DNA of 64,000 nt. Origin: Naegleria gruberi. Lineage: Eukaryota. The stretch lies in NCBI GenBank assembly GCA_000004985.1, contig GG738893.1. One strand, written 5' to 3'. Positions 57,040-64,000 of this stretch are shown here, piece after piece (position 1 is the first letter of the stretch; every line of letters begins with the position of its first letter). The position numbers and the translations under genes are program-made. The notes beneath the pieces are model-generated. The model worked only from the letters and a program-made list of their open reading frames with translations. It did no database searches and was not told where the DNA came from.

Positions 57040-58353
57040 ATGCTTTCACCACACAACAACAATAAACCCTTCCAACAAAAAATTATTTCATTCATAGGAG
57101 ATGTACATTCGGGAAAAACAACACTTGTGGGTCGATTTGCTGATCCAGCTGAGAGACAAATTGCAAAGAATATGTTGGCATATCAGACCGATCGATTGGG
57201 AGCTTACAGAGTGTATGCATCTCATGTTTCCTCTCCTGAGCGAGAAGGGAGAATTAAAATTGCAATAACTCATAAACAATATAAAGAGGAAAATCAATTA
57301 ATGTCCCTATTGGATGTATCTACATCACGGAAGAAGAAAATGGACTGTTTGATGAAGGCTATTTGGCTGTCAAATATTTGTGTATTGGTTGTGGATGTAA
57401 CGGATGGAGTATTTGAAAGGGATTTTAATAATCCAATTGGAAATATAAGAACTCACTTACAAATGGCTGGAGCTGTTGGATTGACCAATTTGATTGTTTG
57501 TTTAACAAAATGTGATTTATTGCCAGAGTCTGAATTGAATTCAAGATTGGAGGAAATCAAATCAAAATTGAGTACTTTTTTATTGTGGAAAAATGTTCCT
57601 TTCATTCCAGTTTCATGTGTAAAGAATGAAAATATATTCACACCAATTGGTGATGAGTTTTCACAAGGAAAGTCACTCGAGTCTGTATTGAAAGAAATTA
57701 ATATTGAGCCACGGAAGGAATGGATTGAAAAACCTCTAATGATGGCTATATTGGACAAGTACAAAATTGCTGGCGTTGGAACAGTGGTGGCTGGAAAAAT
57801 AATTACTGGCAGAGTTCAAGTAGATCAACAAGTTTATTACAGAGATGATTATTCAAACCCATTGAGATCTATTGAAATTGCATTCGAGCCACGTAATGAA
57901 GCTATCTGTGGAGAATTTTGTGGAATCAATATCAAACATGTATCTGCGAGAGAGATTGAATCCCATTTCATAGTTCACGATCAGGCATACTTGGAGACTG
58001 AAAAACGAGCTGTGGAATCCTTCAGAGCCCTAATCAAGATTATGAATCAACCAAAGAATGGAATTAAGGTTGGATATACTTTCAAACTTTATCATTCTGT
58101 GACTAATCAATGTATTTGTAAAATAGAAGATATTATAGCCACTGTAAATCCAAAAACCAATAAGAAAATAGAAGCATATCCAAACAAACTCAAAAAAGGA
58201 GACTTTGTAGAAGTAAGATTACGACCAGTCATATCAAAAGAATCCAAAACTTGTTACCTGGAAACATTTGAACGAAATGAAACTCTTGGACGAATCATCT
58301 TAATGAATGGAAAGTTAATAATTGGAGTTGGAAAGGTATTAAAAATAAATTAA
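57040..58353 (+). CDS. eEF1A/EF-Tu-family GTPase-like protein with degenerate G3 motif
   Basis: 437-aa ORF. G1 is 'GDVHSGKTTLVGR'. Switch I is like 'EREGRIKIA'. G3 'DxxG' is replaced by 'LLDVSTSRK'. G4 is 'TKCD'. Domains II and III are well conserved: 'KPLMMAILDKYKIAGVGTVVAGKIITGRVQ' and 'LKKGDFVEVRLRP...LGRIILMNGKLIIGVGKV'. Confidence 0.7.
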   Translation: MLSPHNNNKPFQQKIISFIGDVHSGKTTLVGRFADPAERQIAKNMLAYQTDRLGAYRVYASHVSSPEREGRIKIAITHKQYKEENQLMSLLDVSTSRKKKMDCLMKAIWLSNICVLVVDVTDGVFERDFNNPIGNIRTHLQMAGAVGLTNLIVCLTKCDLLPESELNSRLEEIKSKLSTFLLWKNVPFIPVSCVKNENIFTPIGDEFSQGKSLESVLKEINIEPRKEWIEKPLMMAILDKYKIAGVGTVVAGKIITGRVQVDQQVYYRDDYSNPLRSIEIAFEPRNEAICGEFCGINIKHVSAREIESHFIVHDQAYLETEKRAVESFRALIKIMNQPKNGIKVGYTFKLYHSVTNQCICKIEDIIATVNPKTNKKIEAYPNKLKKGDFVEVRLRPVISKESKTCYLETFERNETLGRIILMNGKLIIGVGKVLKIN

Positions 58354-58385
58354 CCAGCTTCCAAAACGATTAATTTTATTCACTC

Positions 58386-59435
58386 TCAATTAGAATTAGG
58401 TGAATGTTCACCCTTTGCTAGTTCCATTAAAAATTGTTGAGATTTGAAATGTTTTGGATCTATTTCTAGAATCTTATTGAGGAAATGTATTGACCTTTCT
58501 CTCAACTCATTTGAACCTGTTTCAGTGTACCTGATATAGTATGCCTGAGCTACTGCATAAATAATATTCACATCGCTATCACATTCAATAAGAGAGTCCT
58601 CTAGATCTTTAAATCCCAATTCAAAATTTTCCAATGCACAATAACAAAGACCTCTATTCATGTAGGCCATAGATCTATTCTCATTATCATTCAAAATACT
58701 ATCTGGATTTGTACCATCTCGATATTCATTGATAAGTCTTGAAAAATCCTGAATGGCTAGCTCAGGTTCATCCAAAGATACATGACTCATTCCTTTGAAA
58801 AAGTAATTGTCGCTTGCATTTAAAATATCAGAATATTCAGTTGTACCTTCTAATTCTTGAATAGATTTCGTATAGTATTGAATGGCCTCTCTATACTTTC
58901 CTTTTTGATAATACAAGCCAGCTATTAAACTATTTCCAAGAATGTGGTTTGGAATGTTTTTAAATTGAGAAGCTTTCCTCCAATATTCCATTGCTTCTTC
59001 GCTATTTAAATAATTATTTCGTCCAGCCCCAATCAATGCCATAACATAACATTCCTGATATGAAGACATTGCTCTTCTCGTTTCATCAAGTGAATTTTCA
59101 TAGAATCGAATAATTATTTGATACTCATGAAAGGCACCCCGCCGATCATTCAAACGTTCATAACAATTGGCAACACGTAATATCACAACCAGTGAAATAC
59201 AAGCTTCTTTTGCTTGTAAAAAGAATTTCAGAGCTTCTTCATAATTCTTGTTGGCAAATGCTAATGCTCCTTTATCGGAAAGTTCAGTGGCTGCTTTCTT
59301 GTCGAAAGTGGAGAAAGATACTTTGGAGATTAATGAAATTCTATTGGAAAATGTCTTGTTCGATTTAATATTCGAACCGAGAAGAGAAAATTTGAAAAAT
59401 TTAACAGAATTTCTGTGAAATACAAGTAAAGACAT
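58386..59435 (-). CDS. TPR/Sel1-like repeat protein
   Basis: 349-aa ORF with repeated helical 34-36-aa units, for example 'YEEALKFFLQAKEAC', 'ANCYERLNDRRGAFHEYQIIIRFYE', 'GLYYQKGKYREAIQYYTKSIQ' and 'AYMNRGLCYCALENFELGFKDLEDSL'. Confidence 0.65.
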   Translation of the reverse strand: MSLLVFHRNSVKFFKFSLLGSNIKSNKTFSNRISLISKVSFSTFDKKAATELSDKGALAFANKNYEEALKFFLQAKEACISLVVILRVANCYERLNDRRGAFHEYQIIIRFYENSLDETRRAMSSYQECYVMALIGAGRNNYLNSEEAMEYWRKASQFKNIPNHILGNSLIAGLYYQKGKYREAIQYYTKSIQELEGTTEYSDILNASDNYFFKGMSHVSLDEPELAIQDFSRLINEYRDGTNPDSILNDNENRSMAYMNRGLCYCALENFELGFKDLEDSLIECDSDVNIIYAVAQAYYIRYTETGSNELRERSIHFLNKILEIDPKHFKSQQFLMELAKGEHSPNSN

Positions 59436-59563
59436 GTTTTTTTTGATCTGTTGTTATGTTGATTGATTTTCAAATTGATTATTTTGGAGCTTTGCATCAT
59501 TAGGTACCTAGTAAACTTTCTTTATGTTTCAGAAATTGTAGCTTGGCAATAGATATGAATCAG

Positions 59564-60934
59564 TTATTCTTCTAAAACAACAGTTTCATTAGCTGTTTCG
59601 TGATTTTTGCTGTGTTCTTCATTGAATACCATTTGCTTCTCAATAAGAGATTTGTAAATACCGTTTGGTAGTCTAATTAACTCTGAATGGTTACCTTTCT
59701 CTTCCAAAACACCTTTAACCAAAACACAAATGATATCTGAATTGATAATAGTTGTCAGTCTATGAGCAATACATATAGTAGTACGACCTTTCATCAGAAC
59801 ATCCAATGCTTGCTGAACCAATCTTTCAGATTCACTATCCAATGCAGAAGTTGCCTCATCTAATAAGAGAACTTTTGGGTTTTGCAAAAGAGCACGTGCA
59901 ATGGCAATACGTTGCTTTTGTCCACCAGATAAGGAAACACGCATAAACTTGGAATACTGATCCCATGGTGGCCTTTCCCTCAGCAACAGTTGTGCCACCA
60001 TACAGGAAACCCAATGTTACTGTTGCCCATGTAAGTCCAGCAGTAAAGGCAAGAAAAGGTCCATGAACAGACCCCTTAAAAACACCCTGCCTGTTAATCT
60101 TGTCCAAATCTTTTTGGAATCGATTCAATTCTGAATATTCTTGTGCCATGGAGCGAATAGTTTTCATTGAAGAAATGATTTCATTGGATACAGCAGAAGA
60201 ATTTTCAGTCAACTTGTTAATCCTCTTTGTAATAATTGTAGAGATTGTGGACATTACCATATGGGAAATAAAGGTCAAGGGTATCGTTGAGACTAGAATC
60301 AAAGACATCGTCCAATTAATGGTCAAAGAAATAACAAACCCAATCACAAACTGACTCAAGTCCTGGCAAAATATAGAGAGGTCTGTAGTGTAGACTTCTT
60401 GAATTTTTCCAATATCCTCAGAAAGAATGGATGTGATAGCTCCAATCTTTTTAATGTCAAAGAAACTCATCTCCTGTTTGGAGAGGGCATGCATGTATGC
60501 TTTTCTGAGAGATGTTCCTATTCTTGCATGTGATATTTGCAAGAAGAAATCCTGTAACAAGAATGCAACAGCACTACATGCTGATAGAATTCCCAACTTG
60601 ATGCAAACCTGTGAAACAACAAACTTGCCTTCCTCCACAGATTTGGCTCCAGCCAAGCTGTCAATTAATTCACCTAACATAACAATTAACATTCACATGT
60701 AAATGTAACCAACATACCTATGAAGACATTACACAGAATGGGGATTACACCATACCCAACAGCCCCAAGAATTCCAAACAACAGCAACAACAAGTTTCCA
60801 CCAAAAATTTGTAAAATTTTAAAGTGTGATAATGGAGAAACCTGTGGCTCTCGTTCATCCTTAAATTCAAATTCGTCTTCTTTTGGAGGCATTGTTTTTT
60901 TGATTCTGGTAAAATGATTTTCTTCCTCATTCAC
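59564..60934 (-). pseudogene. ABC-B half-transporter remnant: a complete 6-TM domain joined to the signature/Walker B/H-loop part of the NBD, with Walker A and Q-loop missing and a frame break
   Basis: Exon 1 is 60934..60718 ('MNEEENHFTRIKKTMPPKEDEFEFKDEREPQVSPLSHFKILQIFGG...'). A 44-nt intron (GTATGT...TGTTAG) follows. Exon 2 from 60673 encodes the TMD through '...[22 protein letters not shown]'. About 25 codons later, in another frame, comes '[37 protein letters not shown]...[10 protein letters not shown]'. No GxxGxGK(S/T) motif occurs in any frame between 59560 and 60100. Confidence 0.55.
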
Positions 60935-61123
60935 AATTAATTGGTTTACAACAATGAATCGATTCTGAAATTGAGGGTAGTAGTATTAAATACAATTCAA
61001 GAATGTCCGTTTGGTTCTTGTGCGAATAGTTAAACTTGAAATTGAAGAATTCAACCCTCACATTGAATCGAGAATCCTCTTCACCATTAAAAATGAAGTA
61101 TATTAGAGTTACTAATGATTATC

Positions 61124-62536
61124 CTATTCCTCATCAGGTCCCAATTCTTCTTCAGCATTAAGTTCTTGGTAGCCCTCAACAAGACTTTCGAAATTTTCTG
61201 TCAATTCTGTTATCTCATCAAGTTCCATACCCTCAGAATGAAAATGATGTAACAATGATTTCATTGTTAATATTTCATTGGCTCCATGTTTGATGCGTTC
61301 GAGGGATGATTTTAGTCTAGTTGAATTGGATAACATGAATGCTGTAATGTGCATATTGAGTAAATTTGAATTACAAGAGTAGAGAGGTCTATGAAACACA
61401 GCCCCAACTTTAAGACCACTCGGATTCCAACTACAAAATTTAAGTGCCCTTTCGTCTTTCAATTTTCTTACTACCGTATTAATTGTTCGCGGTTCTACAT
61501 AACCTCTGTACAGTAGTGAACTGCACATGGTATAACCTTCAGAAGATTCAATAAAGGGACTGGCCAAGCAATCATATGTGAACATTTCTGTTCCATAGCC
61601 ATGTGGAACAGTTTTCATTGAGGAATGAATTGGCCCAAATGACGGATACAGAATGTTCATAACTGGATACGGAAAATTGTGTGTAAGATTTTGTAAATCC
61701 GTAGAAAGGGGTCCTTCAAATCTATTACAGGCTGTAACATTTGAAATAACCAAGGAAATGAGCTCATTCACACTATCCATTGATGAATAATGAAATTCTT
61801 TCTTGCACAAGTTCTCAATAGCTTTGTTTTCCATAAATATTTTTGCATCCCAACCATTAGTTGAATTTCCCATGTAGAGAAATGAATTCAAAGCCTCAAT
61901 TGGACCATTATCTCCTGCGTTTTCGAAGTCTGGGGAAATAGAAATAGCACATTTGTATGTCTTTGAATAAGATGTATAGATACTATCCATTAACAAGCTC
62001 ACAAAACCAGATCCTAATCCACCCCCAATTGAGCTAACTATCATGAAGGAAAATGGAGATTCACACTTTTCCACTAGGGACCTAATCCTTTCCATTGCAA
62101 TCTCCAATAATTTCTTTGAACGAGAAGAGTGTCTTCCATTTGCATAAGTATAAGAGGAAGAATCCAATACAGAGGAAGTTTCACTCACAAACAATGAATT
62201 ACTTTCCGAGCATTCACTTTCATGGTCTTGAATTAATTTCAATAAATTCTCTCCAGTTGAATCCGATAGTTCTGATATTGTCAAAATAGGTCTTTCCAAA
62301 TCAATAAACAATGTTCTAGGAACAAATTTTCCATCCTCCTTCTCTCTAAATACATTTAAATATTTCTCATCCTTATCTTGATCATTTTGATAATCCGAAT
62401 TAAATCGACGCCTCTTCTCTTCCTCTGTAAACTTATCAGGAAAAATACAATGCTCATGCTCTCTTAATAATTGTTCCCAAGCACTTAATCCAATTCTATT
62501 TCCAGCACCTCCAACCTGAATACAAATTACACTCAT
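61124..62536 (-). CDS. Divergent tubulin-superfamily protein (not canonical alpha, beta or gamma)
   Basis: 470-aa single ORF. The N-terminus 'MSVICIQVGGAGNRIGLSAWEQLLREHE' parallels 'REIITLQLGQCGNQIG...W..L..EHG'. 'FVPRTLFIDLERPILTI' parallels 'IPRAVLLDLEP'. The tubulin signature variant is 'SIGGGLGSGFVSLLMDSI' (GGGTGSG in canonical tubulins). It ends in an acidic C-terminal tail. Confidence 0.75.
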   Translation of the reverse strand: MSVICIQVGGAGNRIGLSAWEQLLREHEHCIFPDKFTEEEKRRRFNSDYQNDQDKDEKYLNVFREKEDGKFVPRTLFIDLERPILTISELSDSTGENLLKLIQDHESECSESNSLFVSETSSVLDSSSYTYANGRHSSRSKKLLEIAMERIRSLVEKCESPFSFMIVSSIGGGLGSGFVSLLMDSIYTSYSKTYKCAISISPDFENAGDNGPIEALNSFLYMGNSTNGWDAKIFMENKAIENLCKKEFHYSSMDSVNELISLVISNVTACNRFEGPLSTDLQNLTHNFPYPVMNILYPSFGPIHSSMKTVPHGYGTEMFTYDCLASPFIESSEGYTMCSSLLYRGYVEPRTINTVVRKLKDERALKFCSWNPSGLKVGAVFHRPLYSCNSNLLNMHITAFMLSNSTRLKSSLERIKHGANEILTMKSLLHHFHSEGMELDEITELTENFESLVEGYQELNAEEELGPDEE

Positions 62537-62798
62537 TTTTTTTAATAAATAAAAAATAATATTAATTAATTCATCTACAGTAGAATTACAATTTCATATC
62601 GTCAGCAAAATCATCAGATCCACTATTGAGCAGAACTCTAGAATGTATTTTTACATTCTCCATTTGAGAATCATAGAGTTTCAATTTTAAATTTTCATCA
62701 CCCAAATGATGATCATCACAACGTCATGCGAATGAACTTAAAAAATTTTCATCACCCGAAAAAAAAATTAATTAAAACTTTCCTTCACAGTGAACGCT

Positions 62799-64000
62799 AT
62801 GATGTCGGATGAACAATTTATTCAAACTCAAGACTACAAGTCAGTTTTGAAAAAGATCAAAGATAGTCCATATTATAGAAATGCTGCTCAGGGAGATGAA
62901 GTATTGATGAGCAAATTGGCTCTCGTTCTCTCCGATAAACAAAAACTGAAGAATTTCTATTTGACTACTGATTGGGCACAAACGGTCATTAATGCTATTT
63001 CAACCTATTCGGAAACTTCTCAATCTACAGGGTTGGGAATTTCATCAACTTCTGGAGAGCCATCGTCAGGTAAAAAGGGAATTTTCGATGGAATTTCATC
63101 AAAGAGCGAACAAGGTGATATTGCAATTAAAGGTGTTACAACAGCACCAATTGATGTTACGGAAGATGATTCTGATGATGAAGAATTGGATGTGGATTAT
63201 TTAAATTCTCCAGAACATTTAGAAATTCAAAAATCTCTCATGAATCAAGATCGATTGAGAGTTAAAATTATTGTTTCAGAAATTTGTGAAAGCAAAGGAA
63301 AGAAGGCATTCAGACAAATTATGAGTCCTTTACTTGCAAAATCAAGCTTTTTACCAGAATTGGGAATGTTTCACTCGGCTATTTTGATTGGACCTTGGAA
63401 ATTTGAGTGGATTGATGCCAGTTTGTGTGTTCCTAAAAAGTTGGTAGCTTCTGCTGCCCTTGTTGCATGTGATTTAACAGATGAACTTTCAGTTACTAAT
63501 TGTGGCATTAATGCTATGGTTGATAATATTGCAGAAGTAATTATCAAGTGGAATACCACTATGGAATACAAGAATAGAGGAGGAGATGGAAAGAAGAGTG
63601 GAAATTGTCAAGATTTTGTGGACGATATTTTGGATGCTATTGGAGTGGATAAGAAGGTTATTTATCAAGGAGCTATGGGTGCTTATTTCTCAAGATTGAA
63701 GTTGAAAGGAAAGGGTGGTATGAAATTCTTCTTGGAAGATGGTTTCCGTAAAAAGTTTAACATTCCTTCAAATCAAAAGCATGTCAAATTTACAAATCAC
63801 ATTCAATTAGATCAATTTGTACAACAATTATATGATATTGATCCATTATTTGATGAGAATTACCCAAGTGAATTCAAGTTGCTCAAGTCATTTGATCGTG
63901 CCTTTTGGTTAAGACATTTGGCAAAGCCATCCATTTCCAAATGGGAACCTCTCAGAGAAGAAACACAAGGATTTGATGGAGTTGAATTCCATTTGAAATG
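62799..64000 (+). CDS. NlpC/P60-superfamily (LRAT/PPPDE-like permuted papain fold) protein, partial; it continues beyond the window end
   Basis: The frame is open from ATG 62799 to 64000 and is not in the ORF list, presumably because no stop falls inside the window. It contains 'FHSAILIGPWKFEWID' (a His block) followed by 'GNCQDFVDDILDAIGV' (NCxxF Cys block), in the H...C order typical of LRAT/PPPDE families. Confidence 0.5.
   Translation, partial: MMSDEQFIQTQDYKSVLKKIKDSPYYRNAAQGDEVLMSKLALVLSDKQKLKNFYLTTDWAQTVINAISTYSETSQSTGLGISSTSGEPSSGKKGIFDGISSKSEQGDIAIKGVTTAPIDVTEDDSDDEELDVDYLNSPEHLEIQKSLMNQDRLRVKIIVSEICESKGKKAFRQIMSPLLAKSSFLPELGMFHSAILIGPWKFEWIDASLCVPKKLVASAALVACDLTDELSVTNCGINAMVDNIAEVIIKWNTTMEYKNRGGDGKKSGNCQDFVDDILDAIGVDKKVIYQGAMGAYFSRLKLKGKGGMKFFLEDGFRKKFNIPSNQKHVKFTNHIQLDQFVQQLYDIDPLFDENYPSEFKLLKSFDRAFWLRHLAKPSISKWEPLREETQGFDGVEFHLK

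Overview
The window is eukaryotic nuclear DNA, not prokaryotic. It is AT-rich (about one-third GC by eye), uses the standard genetic code (TAA/TAG/TGA all act as stops) and carries spliceosomal introns of 40-215 nt with GTAAGT/GTATGT donors and YAG acceptors. Many proteins contain N/Q/S/K-rich low-complexity tracts. I annotate about 33 protein-coding genes, most multi-exon, one intact tRNA-Asn(GUU), one truncated tRNA-Leu(CAA)-like element flanked by about 85-bp tandem repeats, and several coding and non-coding repeats.

Recognisable genes include:
- an MFS transporter (partial);
- acetoacetyl-CoA synthetase;
- two tandem Old Yellow Enzyme (OYE) paralogs;
- arsenite methyltransferase (AS3MT/ArsM);
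- a Cdc1/MPPE1-type metallophosphoesterase;
- RNase T2;
- a PARP-catalytic-domain protein;
- a GH92 alpha-mannosidase;
- an FNR-type oxidoreductase;
- a TBC-like plus rhodanese-like protein;
- a C2 coiled-coil protein;
- an RGS-START fusion;
- a 7TM receptor-like protein;
- an ATP-grasp-like protein;
- Rab2;
- a protein kinase with a C-terminal Cys-rich tail;
- carboxylesterase B;
- cytochrome P450;
- a BTB-BTB-WWE protein;
- a degenerate eEF1A-family GTPase;
- a TPR/Sel1 protein;
- an ABC-B half-transporter remnant;
- a divergent tubulin;
- an NlpC/P60-like protein (partial).

The gene content (BTB, Sel1/TPR, kinase, P450, AS3MT, short introns) is compatible with an early-diverging fungus such as Glomeromycotina, or an amoebozoan. 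This is inference only. No prokaryote-style defence locus is present.

The most unusual items are:
- a secreted, charge-segregated low-complexity protein at 13889-15445;
- the tRNA-Leu-like fragment with tandem repeats;
- the BTB-WWE and RGS-START domain fusions;
- the divergent tubulin;
- several conserved genes whose reading frames break at or near short homopolymer runs (P450, GH92), plus an ABC-B remnant with an internal deletion.

Splice coordinates were derived by eye and may be off by 1-2 nt.
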